Shown: positions 37,438 to 47,358 of the stretch, one piece after another
Layout of the letters: every line of letters begins with the position of its first letter
How positions within the stretch are numbered: the stretch's first letter is position 1
The notes under the pieces: model-generated
Seen by the model: only the letters and a program-made list of their open reading frames with translations
What the model was told of the DNA's origin: nothing
Database searches by the model: none
Source: Pseudomonadota bacterium
GTDB lineage: Bacteria; Myxococcota_A; UBA9160; PR03
DNA length: 59,159 nt
Direction of reading: 5' to 3'
NCBI GenBank assembly: GCA_003576805.1
Contig: QEVM01000005.1
Coordinates: 1-59,159 of the forward strand
Translations under genes and position numbers: made by a program

Positions 37438-38516
37438 GCGGTCGCGCCCGGCTCGGCTCGCTCGCCCTCGCGCTCGCGTCGCTGGCGATCTCGCTCGCGG
37501 CGGTCGAGCTCGGCCTGCGCGCGGGGATCCGGCTCGGCGTGCCCGCGCTCCGCGACCCCGATCTCTACGCCGACGCTTCGACCGACGACGACTGGTGGAA
37601 GCTCCACCACCGCTGGGGCGGCCGCTTCGAGCTGCCGAGCGCGCGGCAGGTCGATCCGCTGCTCGGCTGGAGCCTGCCGCGCACGCCGAGCAATCCGCTC
37701 GGCGTGCTGCGCGACGAGCCGTACCGAGTCGATCCGCGCGCGCCCGCGATCCTCTTCTACGGCGACTCGTTCGTGCGCGGCATGACGCCGATGCCGGAGC
37801 GGATCCCCCAGCGGCTGGAAGCGCGCCTCGGCGGACCCGCCGTCTACAACTACGGGATCGGCGGCTACGGGCTCGACCAGATCTATCTCCGCTTCCGCGC
37901 GTCGCACGCGAGCTTCGAGCGCCCGTTCGTCCTGTTCGGCGTCATGACCGACGACATCGACCGCTGCGTGCTGCGCGTGCGTTCGGGCCCGAAGCCGTAC
38001 TTCGAGCTCGACGGCGACGCGCTCGTGCTGCGCGGCACCCCGGTCGACCCCGATCCGCGCGCCTGGCTCGAGCGCAATCCGCCGTCGATCGCGAGCTACT
38101 TCGGCGCGCTGGTGACGCGCAAGCTGCGCCTGCTGCGCGCGGCGGGGCGCCCGAGCGAGTCGGCGTACGGGCAGGAGCGCAAGCGCCGGCTGGCCGACCG
38201 GCTCCTGGAAGCAGTCGTCCGCGAGGCGCGCGATCGCGATCTCCCGCTGCTGTTCGTGTTCTTCTATCCGCGTTACGAGCTGGACTTCGTCGGATGGCGC
38301 GAGCGCTTCCTGCGCGAGGCGGCCGCACGCCTCGCGGTCGAGACGCTCGACACCAAGCAGGTGTTGCTCGCGGAGGCCTCGCGCCGCGGCGTGCCCGCGC
38401 ACTCCTTCTACGAGGGCGGACATCCGAACGCGCTCGGCAACGATCTCGTCGCGGCGGCGCTGGCCGAGCGCCTGCGCGCGCGTCAGGGCGCCGAGCGCTC
38501 CCAGTCTGCGCCGTAG
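37434..38516 (+). CDS. Membrane-anchored SGNH/GDSL hydrolase family protein
   Basis: TTG start overlapping the previous stop; N-terminal TM; DPLLGW, FYGDSF, NYGIGGYGLDQ, KPYF, GHPN. Confidence 0.8.
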   Translation: MSGRARLGSLALALASLAISLAAVELGLRAGIRLGVPALRDPDLYADASTDDDWWKLHHRWGGRFELPSARQVDPLLGWSLPRTPSNPLGVLRDEPYRVDPRAPAILFYGDSFVRGMTPMPERIPQRLEARLGGPAVYNYGIGGYGLDQIYLRFRASHASFERPFVLFGVMTDDIDRCVLRVRSGPKPYFELDGDALVLRGTPVDPDPRAWLERNPPSIASYFGALVTRKLRLLRAAGRPSESAYGQERKRRLADRLLEAVVREARDRDLPLLFVFFYPRYELDFVGWRERFLREAAARLAVETLDTKQVLLAEASRRGVPAHSFYEGGHPNALGNDLVAAALAERLRARQGAERSQSAP

Positions 38517-40759
38517 CGCCAGCGCGCCCACGCCCGGTAGAGGGCGTTGCGCTTCATCCCGCGCAGCGCGCGCAGCGCGCGGCTCGCCTCGATGCGGTGC
38601 AGTCGCGACTCGGCCTCGCCGCGCCGCGCGTGTTCGGCGTGCAGCGCGGCCGCGAGCGCGTCGCGCTCGCCGGCGAGTCGTCCGCTCTCGTTCTGCATGC
38701 GCACGAACTCGATCGCCTGCGTGGCCCACGCATTGGCCGCCGCGGGCGAGAGCAGCGGCTCGGGCCGCGGCGCCTCGCGCGCCGTGCGCAGGATCGCCTC
38801 GATGGCGTCCAGCATCCGCTCCAGCGAGAACGACGCCTCGACGCGCGCCCGCCCGCGCCGCCCGAGCGTGCGCCGCAGATCGACGTCGCGCAGCAGCGGC
38901 TCGAGCGCGTCGGCGTAGGCGGCCGCCTCGCGCACCGGCTCCGCGGGTGGCAGCAGCAGCCCGCAGGCGGGCGTCACGAGCTCGCGCTGGCCGCCGACGT
39001 CGGCGGACACGACGGGCAGCTCCAGCGCCATCGCCTCGAAGAGCGAGAGCGCGATGCCCTCCATGCGCGACGGCAGGAAGAAGACGTCGCCCGCCGACAG
39101 CACCTCGCGCATCGCGTCGGGTCCGACGCCGCCGAGGAGGCGCACGCGGCCCGCGAGCAGCGGGTCGGAGAGCGCGCCCTCGAGCGCGGGCCGGAGCGGT
39201 CCGTCGCCCGCCACCACGGCCCGGAACGGGACGCCGCGCCGCGCGAGCTGCGCCACGGTCGCCGCGAACACGGCGGGCTGTTTCTGCTCGCAGAGCCGCG
39301 CGGCGTAGACCAGGACGGCCTCTTCGTCCGCGACCTGCCAGGCTTCGCGCAGCCGCTTGCGCGCGTCGTGGTCGCGGCGCCACGCGGCGGCGTCGATGCC
39401 GGTGTACGCGACGCCGACCCGCTCCGCGTCGGCCCCGCGCTCGATCATCCAATCGCGCAGGTGCGCCGACGACGTGATCGTCGCATCGAGCGCGCGGCGG
39501 ACGAGCCGGGACAGCCGCGGATAGCCGCCGCTCTTCCACTCGGGCTGCTCCATGTGGCAGAAGTCGGCGTACACGGGGCCCGGACAATGCGCGCGCAGGA
39601 AGGGCAGCAGCAGGTATCCGAGCTCGCTGTTGCTGACGAGCACCGCGTCCGGCCGGCGCGACTCGATCAAGTGTCGGAGGAAGCGGGGCTGCTCGCGCAG
39701 CGGCAGCAAGCGCGCCAGCGCGAAGCAGTCGGGCGTCGCGCGCGCGAAGGCGTCCTCCCAGCCGTGGTCGCCGGCCTGCGTCGTCGCGACGGTCACCTCG
39801 ACGCCGCGCGCCGCGAGACCGCGCACCAGGCTCAGGTTGAAGCGGTCCGCGCCGCCCAGCGCCAGCCACGGAACGATCAGCAGCAGGCGCGGCCGCTGCT
39901 TGCGCAGCGGGTTCGCGAAGGCGGGCGCGTCGGGCACGTCCGCGAAGGGCGGATCCGCGTCGGGCGCGAGGGACGGAAAACGCCCCGCGAGCGCGCCGTG
40001 GCGCTCCGCCAGCGCGCGGCGCATCGCGTCGACGCGCTCAGGCGACTCCCAGCCGGCCGGCGGGTCCTTGCGCCGGAACCAGTCGAGCCGCTCGGGCAGC
40101 GTGGCGCCCCAGGAGCCGCGTGCGGCGCAACGCAGCCAGAAGTCCCAGTCCTCGAAGCCGTCGCGCAGGCTCTCGTCGTAGCCGCCCGCGGCCTCGAACA
40201 CCGCGCGCCGCACCAGCGCGCGTCCCGACGCCGCGTTCTCGCGCAAGAAGTCCGCGCCGCCCTCGAAGCCGCGCTCCCAGCGATACGACTGCGCGCCGAA
40301 GCCCTGACACCAGCCGTTGACGAAGCCCCAGCCGGGATGCGCGTGGAGCGCCGCGCAGCACTTCTCGAGCGCGGTCGGCTCGAGCAGGTCGTCCTGATCG
40401 AGCACGTAGACGAGCTCGCTCGCGGCGGCGCGGAAGCCGGCGTTGCGCGCCGCGCTGCGGCCGCGGTTCTCGAACATGCGCAGCACGCGGACGCGCGCGT
40501 CGGCGGCGAGCTCCGCGAGCAGCGCCGCCGTGGCGGGATCGGTCGAGGCGTCGTCGACCAGGATCCACTCGAAGTGCTGGAGCGACTGCCCGAACACGCT
40601 GGCGGCCGTCGCGCGCAGCGCGGCGACGTCCGGATCGAAGACGGGCGTCACGACGGACACCACGGGCCGCGGCGGAGCGCCCGAGGGGTCGGGCGCGTAG
40701 TCGTAGCGCGGCCGCGCCGGATCGCCGGGCGGCGGCGGCGTGCCGTGCCGCTCGCTCAC
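38483..40759 (-). CDS. Bifunctional GT2 + GT4 glycosyltransferase with C-terminal short coiled coil and basic amphipathic tail
   Basis: VSVVTPVF, VDDAS, SAARNAG, LDQDD, FEDWDFW; then LGGAD, QKQP, LPSRMEG...EAM; tail RIEASRALRALRGMKRNALYRAWARWR. Confidence 0.9.
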   Translation of the reverse strand: MSERHGTPPPPGDPARPRYDYAPDPSGAPPRPVVSVVTPVFDPDVAALRATAASVFGQSLQHFEWILVDDASTDPATAALLAELAADARVRVLRMFENRGRSAARNAGFRAAASELVYVLDQDDLLEPTALEKCCAALHAHPGWGFVNGWCQGFGAQSYRWERGFEGGADFLRENAASGRALVRRAVFEAAGGYDESLRDGFEDWDFWLRCAARGSWGATLPERLDWFRRKDPPAGWESPERVDAMRRALAERHGALAGRFPSLAPDADPPFADVPDAPAFANPLRKQRPRLLLIVPWLALGGADRFNLSLVRGLAARGVEVTVATTQAGDHGWEDAFARATPDCFALARLLPLREQPRFLRHLIESRRPDAVLVSNSELGYLLLPFLRAHCPGPVYADFCHMEQPEWKSGGYPRLSRLVRRALDATITSSAHLRDWMIERGADAERVGVAYTGIDAAAWRRDHDARKRLREAWQVADEEAVLVYAARLCEQKQPAVFAATVAQLARRGVPFRAVVAGDGPLRPALEGALSDPLLAGRVRLLGGVGPDAMREVLSAGDVFFLPSRMEGIALSLFEAMALELPVVSADVGGQRELVTPACGLLLPPAEPVREAAAYADALEPLLRDVDLRRTLGRRGRARVEASFSLERMLDAIEAILRTAREAPRPEPLLSPAAANAWATQAIEFVRMQNESGRLAGERDALAAALHAEHARRGEAESRLHRIEASRALRALRGMKRNALYRAWARWRYGADWERSAP

Positions 40760-40784
40760 GCGCGCGCGGGCCGGGTCCGCCGCG

Positions 40785-43160
40785 TCATCGAGCGGCCGGC
40801 TCGAGGGCGGCGTCGAGCACCTCCTCGATCGCGTCCGCCAGGCGGATCTCGATCTCCGCCTTCACCTCGTCCGGCACGTCGACGAGATCCTTCTCGTTGC
40901 GGCGCGGCAGGATCACGGTCTTGATGCCGGCGCGCGCCGCGGCGAGCACCTTGTCCTTGATACCGCCGACGGGCAGCACGCGGCCGCGCAGCGAGATCTC
41001 GCCGGTCATCGCGACGTCGCCGCGCGCGCGCCGGCCCGAGAGCACGGATACGATTGCCGTCACGAGCGCGATGCCGGCCGAGGGCCCGTCCTTCGGGACC
41101 GCGCCCGCCGGCACGTGCAGGTGTAGCTCGCCGCCTGTGAGGACCTTGGCGCGCAGGCCGAGCGCCTCGGCGTTGGCGCGCACCCAGGAGAGCGCCGCCC
41201 CGGCCGACTCCTTCATCACCTCGCCGAGCTGGCCGGTGAGGCGCAGCCGCACGTCCTTGCCGCCCGGCATCGCCGTCGCCTCGATGAACAGGATGTCGCC
41301 GCCGTGCGCAGTGCGCGCGAGCCCGACGACCACGCCCGGCTGCACCGTGCGCTCGGCGGTCTCGGGCAGGTGCGGCGGCGCACCGAGCGCCTCGCCGACG
41401 AAGGCGGCGTCGATCGGCAGCGTCTCGGTCGGCTTCTCCTCGGCGACGCGGCGCGCGGCCTTGCGCATCAGCTTGGCGATGTGGCGATCGAGATTGCGCA
41501 CGCCCGCTTCGCGCGTGTACTCGTGGACGACGCGTTCGATCGCGCCGTCCTGCACCGCGATCTGGTCCTCGCGCAGCCCGTGCGCGTCGCGCTGCTTCGG
41601 CACGAGGTGGTCGCGCGCGATCTTCAGCTTCTCGCGATCGGTGTAGCCGGGCAGCTCGATCACCTCCATGCGGTCGAGCAGCGCGGGCGGGATCGTCGAG
41701 AGCGTGTTGGCGGTCGCGATGAAGAAGATGCGCGAGAGGTCGAACGCCACCTCGAGGTAGTGATCGCTGAAGGTGGAGTTCTGCTCCGGGTCGAGCACTT
41801 CGAGCAGCGCGGACGACGGATCGCCGCGGAAGTCGGCGCCGAGCTTGTCGATCTCGTCGAGCAGGAACACCGGATTGCGCGAGCCGGCGCGGCGCAGGCT
41901 CTGCACGACGCGCCCCGGCATCGCGCCGACGTAGGTGCGGCGGTGGCCGCGGATCTCCGCCTCGTCGCGCACGCCGCCGAGCGAGGCGCGCACGAAATTG
42001 CGGCCCATCGCGTGCGAGATCGAGCGGCCGAGCGAGGTCTTGCCGACGCCCGGCGGGCCCACGAAGCAGAGGATCGGGCCCTTCGCCTCGGGCGCGAGCT
42101 TGCGCACCGCGAGGTACTCGAGGATGCGGTCCTTCACCTTTTCGAGATCGTAGTGGTCGGCGTCGAGGATGCGGCGCGCCTCGCGCAGGTCGAGCTTGTC
42201 CTCGGTCTCGATCGCCCACGGCAGGTCGGCGAGCCACTCGAGATAGGTGCGGATCAGATGGCGGTCGGGCGCGTGCTGGGGCAGGGCGGCGAGCCGCTTC
42301 AGCTCGCGCTCGGCCTGCGCCGCCGCGTCGGGAGGCAGCTGCGCGGCCTCGATCCGCTCGCGCAGGTCGTCGACCTCCTGCGAGCCGCCGTCGCTCTCGC
42401 CGATCTCGGTCTGGATGTCGCGCATGCGCCGGCGCAGCAGCTTCTCGCGCCGCTTCGGGTCCTGCTCGCCACCGCCCGACTGCTCGGTGAGACGCCGCTG
42501 CGTCTCGGCGATCGTGACCTCGCGGTCGAGGTGCGCCGTCACGCGCGCGAGTCGGCGCGCGACGTTCGGCTCCGCGAGCAGCGCGATCTGCTCCTCGGGC
42601 GCGAGCGGCAGCGTCGACGCCACCAGATCCGTGAGCAGGCCGGGGCTCGGCAGGCCCGCGACGAAGGTCTTCCACTCGTCGGGGAGATCCTCGCGCAGGT
42701 CGATGATGCGCTGCGCCTTGGCGATCACCTGCTTCCACGCGGCGTCGCGATCGGGCGACGGCTCGTCGACCTCCGAGAGCGGCGTCACGCGCACCAGCAG
42801 ACACGGCTCGTTGGCGACGGCCTGCGCGAGCGTCGTGCGCGCGACGCCGACCACGATCGCCTGCTTGCCCTCGCCGCGCGCGTCCACGATGCGGGCCACG
42901 CGAACGATGCACGCGGTCGGGTAGAGGTCCGCGAGCTCGGGATCCTCGGTCTCGGCCTCGCGCTGGCTCGCGATGACGAGCAGCCCGCCCTGGCCGGCGC
43001 GCGCCAGCGCCGCCAGCGACTTGGCGCGCCCGATCGCGAGCGGCCGCGTGACGCCCGGGAACACGACCGCGTCGCGCACCGGCAGCAGCGGCAGGACGTC
43101 CGGAACTTCGATCCGCTCGCCCGCCGCTCCGATCACCACGTTGTGCTCGCCGTCCGCCAC
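40785..43160 (-). CDS. lon: ATP-dependent Lon protease
   Basis: [50 protein letters not shown] (Ser), GGIKDK (Lys). Confidence 0.97.
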   Translation of the reverse strand: MADGEHNVVIGAAGERIEVPDVLPLLPVRDAVVFPGVTRPLAIGRAKSLAALARAGQGGLLVIASQREAETEDPELADLYPTACIVRVARIVDARGEGKQAIVVGVARTTLAQAVANEPCLLVRVTPLSEVDEPSPDRDAAWKQVIAKAQRIIDLREDLPDEWKTFVAGLPSPGLLTDLVASTLPLAPEEQIALLAEPNVARRLARVTAHLDREVTIAETQRRLTEQSGGGEQDPKRREKLLRRRMRDIQTEIGESDGGSQEVDDLRERIEAAQLPPDAAAQAERELKRLAALPQHAPDRHLIRTYLEWLADLPWAIETEDKLDLREARRILDADHYDLEKVKDRILEYLAVRKLAPEAKGPILCFVGPPGVGKTSLGRSISHAMGRNFVRASLGGVRDEAEIRGHRRTYVGAMPGRVVQSLRRAGSRNPVFLLDEIDKLGADFRGDPSSALLEVLDPEQNSTFSDHYLEVAFDLSRIFFIATANTLSTIPPALLDRMEVIELPGYTDREKLKIARDHLVPKQRDAHGLREDQIAVQDGAIERVVHEYTREAGVRNLDRHIAKLMRKAARRVAEEKPTETLPIDAAFVGEALGAPPHLPETAERTVQPGVVVGLARTAHGGDILFIEATAMPGGKDVRLRLTGQLGEVMKESAGAALSWVRANAEALGLRAKVLTGGELHLHVPAGAVPKDGPSAGIALVTAIVSVLSGRRARGDVAMTGEISLRGRVLPVGGIKDKVLAAARAGIKTVILPRRNEKDLVDVPDEVKAEIEIRLADAIEEVLDAALEPAAR

Positions 43161-43330
43161 CGGGCTCCCTCGATCCGCGCGGCGGCTCCGGGGATCGGAG
43201 CGGACACGGGATCGCGCAACCGTAAGCGCACTGCGGAGGCGGTCAAGTCGCAGCGAGCGCGCGGTGCTCGGCGGCCATGACGCAAGACGTGAAGAAGAAG
43301 GATCCGGCGAGGAAGCGAAGGCTAGGCGCC

Positions 43331-43417
43331 TGGTGCCCGGGACTGGATTCGAACCAGCACGAGGTTGCCCTCACTAGCTCCTGAGGCTAGCGCGTCTACC
43401 AATTCCGCCACCCGGGC
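43331..43417 (-). tRNA. tRNA-Leu, anticodon CAG, CCA encoded
   Basis: Reverse complement GCCCGGGTGGCGGAATTGGTAGACGCGCTAGCCTCAGGAGCTAG...GGTTCGAATCCAGTCCCGGGCACCA. Confidence 0.97.
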
Positions 43418-43496
43418 GTGGGAGCGGCGCGCGAAGCTAGGTCGCGTCCCGACGGCCGTCAACGCGCCGCGCGGCGATGGCGACGACGCGCGCGCC

Positions 43497-43504
43497 GCTA
43501 CGAT
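43497..43504 (+). promoter_or_regulatory. -10 element (GCTACGAT) 7 nt before the rnr ATG; leaderless promoter candidate
   Basis: TAnnnT hexamer at 43499-43504, ATG at 43512, no SD sequence. Confidence 0.5.
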
Positions 43505-43511
43505 CGCTTCG

Positions 43512-45653
43512 ATGCGCGTCCCTGCGGAGCGAGTGCTGCGCCTGCTCGACCGCGCCGACCGCCCCGTGGTCGCGCTGCACGACATGACGCGCGCGATCCG
43601 CGGCGCGGGCGGCCCGCGCGCACTGCAGGCGGCGCTCCGCGAGCTCGAGCGCGAGGGCCGCATCGAGCGCGCCGCGGGAGGCTGGCGACTCGCGCGCGCG
43701 AGCGGGCTCGCGCCCGCGACGGCACACGTCGATCGCGACGGCACGCTGGTGGCGATCGACGAGGTCGGCCGCCGCCATCGGCTCGAGAGCGGAGCCGCGC
43801 TCGAAGGCGAGCGCGTGCTCGTCGAGCCGCTCGCGGGCACGGGCGCCGCGGAGGTGGCGCGCTCGATCGGAGGGGCGCGCCGCGAGTGGGTCGGGATCTT
43901 GTCGCGGCGCGGCCGCGAGGGCCGGCTGACACCGTACCGTGACGACGCGAAGTGGGAGCTGCGCATCCCGCGCGCGAGCTGGAGGGGCGGGCGCGCCGGC
44001 GACGTGGTCGTCGCGGTCGCGGCGGGAGGCGAGCCGCGCGAGCGCGGCGCGCGCGGGCGGCGGCCGCGCGCCGCGCCGCTCGCGAAGGTGGTCGAGGTCC
44101 TCGGACCGCCCGGCACGCCCGAAGCCGACTTCCGCGCCATCGCGTGGCGGCACCGGCTGCGGCGCGACTTCCCGCCCGAGGTGCTCGCCGAGGCCGACGC
44201 CTGCGACGCCGCGCTCGAAGCGGCGGAGACCGCGCGGCGCCTCGATCTGCGCGCGCTGCCCTTCGTCACGATCGATCCCGCGACCGCGCGCGATCACGAC
44301 GACGCCGTCTGCGTCGAGCCGCTCGGCGGCGGACGCACGCGCCTTTGGGTCGCGATCGCGGACGTCTCGCACTTCGTCGCGGAGGACGGCGCGCTCGACC
44401 GCGAAGCGCGGCTGCGCGGCAACAGCGTCTACTTCCCGGACCGCGCGATCCCGATGCTCCCCGAGCGCCTCTCGGGCGAGCTCTGCTCGCTGCGTCCCGA
44501 CGTCGACCGCCTGGCGCTCGCGGTCGAGCTCGAGATCGGCGCGCGCGGCGCGGTGCGCGCGGCGCGCTTCTCCGAGGCCGTGATCCGCAGCCGCGCGCGG
44601 CTCGTGTACGACGACGCCGCCATCGTGATGGGCGGCGGCGTGCACCCGCACGTGGCCGGCGGCGCCGTCACCGAGCAGCTGCGCGGGCTCGCGGAGGTCG
44701 CGCGCCGGCTCGGCGCCGCGCGCAGCGCGGCGGGCGCGATCGACTTCGACCTGCCGAGCGCCGAGATCGTGCTCGGCGACGAGGGGCATCCGACGGACAT
44801 CATCGAGGCGCCGCGCACCGTCGCGCACCGCGCGATCGAGGAGGCGATGCTCGCCGCGAACCGCGCCGTCGCCGAGCAGCTGCTCGCGCGCGAGGTGCCC
44901 GCGCTCTATCGCGTGCACGAGCCGCCGACGCCGACCGCGCTCGCGGAGCTGCGCGCGCTGCTCGAGTCGTTTGGTTTGCTCGAGCTGCCGCGCGGCGCCG
45001 CCGTCGCGGCCGGCGACATCGCGGAGGCGATGCAGCGCGCGCGCGGCCGGCCCGAGGAACGCCTCGTGCACACGACCGCGCTGCGCTCGATGCGGCCGGC
45101 GCGCTACGACGCCCGCTGCCTCGGCCACTTCGCGCTCGCGTTCGCGGCGTACCTTCACTTCACGTCGCCGATCCGCCGCTACGCGGACCTCGTCGTCCAC
45201 CGCGCGCTGCGCGACGTGCTCGCGGGCGACCTCGAGCGCGCGCGCGCGCGGGCGGAGCGCATGCCGGCATTCGCCGAGCGCACGTCGTCGTGCGAGCGCA
45301 ACGCGATGGAGGCGGAGCGCGAAGCCGTCGATCTCGCCAAGTGCGTGTTCATGAAGCCGCGCGTCGGCGAGTCGTACGAGGCGACGATCACGCGCGTCGC
45401 GCGCCACGGCTTCTACGCGACGCCCGACGACTTCTTCGTCGAGGGCCTGGTGCCGGTGCGCACGCTGCACGGGCGCTTCGAGTTGGACGAGCGCGGCGTC
45501 GCGCTGGTCGCGCGCGGCACGGCGCGCTTCACGCTGGGCGACCGCGTCCAGGTGCGCGTCGCGCAGGTCGACCTGGTGCGCGGCTGGATCGACTTCGCGC
45601 TCGAGAGCGAGCCGCCGCGGCCGCGGCGGCGCAGCCGGAAGGAGCGCACCTGA
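43512..45653 (+). CDS. rnr: Ribonuclease R (RNB family)
   Basis: TIDPATARDHDDA, IADVS, SVYFP...MLP, IEEAMLAAN, YRVHE, HFTSPIRRYADL, C-terminal S1 domain. Confidence 0.92.
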   Translation: MRVPAERVLRLLDRADRPVVALHDMTRAIRGAGGPRALQAALRELEREGRIERAAGGWRLARASGLAPATAHVDRDGTLVAIDEVGRRHRLESGAALEGERVLVEPLAGTGAAEVARSIGGARREWVGILSRRGREGRLTPYRDDAKWELRIPRASWRGGRAGDVVVAVAAGGEPRERGARGRRPRAAPLAKVVEVLGPPGTPEADFRAIAWRHRLRRDFPPEVLAEADACDAALEAAETARRLDLRALPFVTIDPATARDHDDAVCVEPLGGGRTRLWVAIADVSHFVAEDGALDREARLRGNSVYFPDRAIPMLPERLSGELCSLRPDVDRLALAVELEIGARGAVRAARFSEAVIRSRARLVYDDAAIVMGGGVHPHVAGGAVTEQLRGLAEVARRLGAARSAAGAIDFDLPSAEIVLGDEGHPTDIIEAPRTVAHRAIEEAMLAANRAVAEQLLAREVPALYRVHEPPTPTALAELRALLESFGLLELPRGAAVAAGDIAEAMQRARGRPEERLVHTTALRSMRPARYDARCLGHFALAFAAYLHFTSPIRRYADLVVHRALRDVLAGDLERARARAERMPAFAERTSSCERNAMEAEREAVDLAKCVFMKPRVGESYEATITRVARHGFYATPDDFFVEGLVPVRTLHGRFELDERGVALVARGTARFTLGDRVQVRVAQVDLVRGWIDFALESEPPRPRRRSRKERT

Positions 45654-46186
45654 ACGCGATCCCCGCCGACGTGGTCGACGCGCCCGTGACCGGCATCAAT
45701 CTCGTGCCGGGCCGGCTACGCGACCAGCTCGGCGCGACGCCGACGCTGCTGGTGTTCCTGCGCCATCTCGGCTGCATCTTCTGTCGCGAGACGGTGACGG
45801 ACCTGCGCGCGATCTCCGAGCGCGATCCGTGGTTCCCGCCGGTGCTGTTCTTCACGCAGTCGAGCGGCGTGGAGCTGCGCGCCTTCCTGCGGCGCGACTG
45901 GCCGAACGCGCGCGCGATCGCGGACGTGGACCGCCGCTTCTACGCCGCCTTCGGCATCGATCGCATGAGCCCGCTGGGGCTGCTGCGGCCGTCGCTCTGG
46001 CAGGCCGAGCGGCGCGCGCGCGCCAAGGGCCTCGAGAGCGGCGAGCGAAGCGGCGACATCTGGCGCATGCCCGGCGTGTTCCTGGTGCGCGGCGCCGAGG
46101 TGCTCTGGTCGCACGAGTTCCGCCACGCCGGCGACCATCCGGACTGGAGCCGCATCCCCGTGATCGCCGCCGCCGGCTCCCGCTGA
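45650..46186 (+). CDS. Thioredoxin-fold AhpC/TSA-like (PRXL2/SelL-related) redox protein; possible CTG start (alternative GTG 45671)
   Basis: LLVFLRHLGCIFCRE (CxxC), YAAFG, MPGVFLV, HAGDHPD. Confidence 0.8.
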   Translation: MNAIPADVVDAPVTGINLVPGRLRDQLGATPTLLVFLRHLGCIFCRETVTDLRAISERDPWFPPVLFFTQSSGVELRAFLRRDWPNARAIADVDRRFYAAFGIDRMSPLGLLRPSLWQAERRARAKGLESGERSGDIWRMPGVFLVRGAEVLWSHEFRHAGDHPDWSRIPVIAAAGSR

Positions 46187-46190
46187 CGCT

Positions 46191-47354
46191 CTACGCGTCG
46201 AGCAGCGACACGAGCGAGGCGACGACCCATTCGCGCTGCTCGTCGCGCAGCTCCGGGTAGACCGGCAGCGCGAGCACCTCGCGCGCGGCGCGCTCGGTCT
46301 CCGGGAGATCGCCGCTCGCGTAGCCGAGCGGCGCGAAGCAGCGCTGCTCGTGCAGCCCGAGCGGGTAGTAGACGTCGGTGCCGACGCCGCGCGCCTCGAG
46401 GTCCTTGCGCAGCGCGTCGCGGCGCTCGCCCGGCACCCGCACCACGTACTGGTGGTAGACGTGCAGCGCCGGCGCGGGCGGCGGCGCGGGCGTCCGCAGC
46501 GGCAGGCCGCCCGCCGCGAACGGCGCGGGCGCGGGCAGCGCGCCGGCGCGTGCGAACGCCGCGTCGTACGCCTCCGCGTGTCGGCGCCGCGCGGCGTTCC
46601 AGCGCTCCAGATGCGGCAGCTTCACGCGCAGCACGGCCGCCTGCAGCGCGTCGAGCCGCGCGTTCATGCCGAGCTCCTCGTGGACGTAGCGGCGGCTCGA
46701 GCCGTGGACGCGCAGGCGCACGAGATGCGCGGCGAGCTCGGCGTCGTCGGTGGTGAGCAGCCCGCCCTCGCCGGCGCCACCCAGGTTCTTGGAGGGATAG
46801 AACGAGAAGCACGCGACGCGCCCGCGGCCGCCGATGCGCCGGCCCTCGGCGTCGCGCGCGCCGATCGCCTGCGCCCCGTCCTCGACGAGCGGGACGCCGG
46901 CCTCGCGCGCGACCGCCTCGAGCGCGGCGAGGTCCGCGGCGCGCCCGTACAGATGGACGGGCAGGATCGCGCGCAGGCGCCGGCAGCGCGCTGCGGCGGC
47001 CCGCGTCGCCGCCGGGTCGAGCGCGTAGCTCTCCGGGTCGATGTCCACGAACACGGGCGTCGCGCCGCAGCGGGCGATCGAGCCGGCGGTCGCGAAGAAC
47101 GTGAACGACGGGCAGATCACCTCGTCGCCGGGTCCGACGCCGAGCGCCTGCAGCGCGAGCAGCAGCGCGTCCGAGCCCGAGGAGCAGCCGACCGCGAAGC
47201 GGCTCTCGCAGTACGCGGCGAGCTCGCGCTCGAGCGCGTCGACCTCGGGCCCGAGGATGAAGCCCTGGCTCTCGAAGACGCGGTCCACCGCGGCGCGTAC
47301 GTCGTCGCGGATCTCGGCGTACTGCGCGCGCAGGTCGAGGACGGGAACGCGCAT
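46191..47354 (-). CDS. DegT/DnrJ/EryC1/StrS family PLP-dependent sugar aminotransferase
   Basis: FILGPEV, SSGSDAL, FTFFAT, PVHLYG, EDGAQ, SFYPSKNLG, NARLDALQA. Confidence 0.95.
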   Translation of the reverse strand: MRVPVLDLRAQYAEIRDDVRAAVDRVFESQGFILGPEVDALERELAAYCESRFAVGCSSGSDALLLALQALGVGPGDEVICPSFTFFATAGSIARCGATPVFVDIDPESYALDPAATRAAAARCRRLRAILPVHLYGRAADLAALEAVAREAGVPLVEDGAQAIGARDAEGRRIGGRGRVACFSFYPSKNLGGAGEGGLLTTDDAELAAHLVRLRVHGSSRRYVHEELGMNARLDALQAAVLRVKLPHLERWNAARRRHAEAYDAAFARAGALPAPAPFAAGGLPLRTPAPPPAPALHVYHQYVVRVPGERRDALRKDLEARGVGTDVYYPLGLHEQRCFAPLGYASGDLPETERAAREVLALPVYPELRDEQREWVVASLVSLLDA

Positions 47355-47358
47355 CGGC

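Noticed and set aside
19029-38516. Long N-terminal extensions in the ORF track (e.g. 19029, 20312, 21295, 22935, 23795, 25501, 34711, 35064)
   Set aside because: Arg/Ala-rich off-frame readings of upstream genes; real starts overlap or closely follow the previous stops
45650-46186. Selenoprotein possibility for the SelL-like redoxin
   Set aside because: Both redox positions are Cys codons (TGC, TGT); no in-frame TGA
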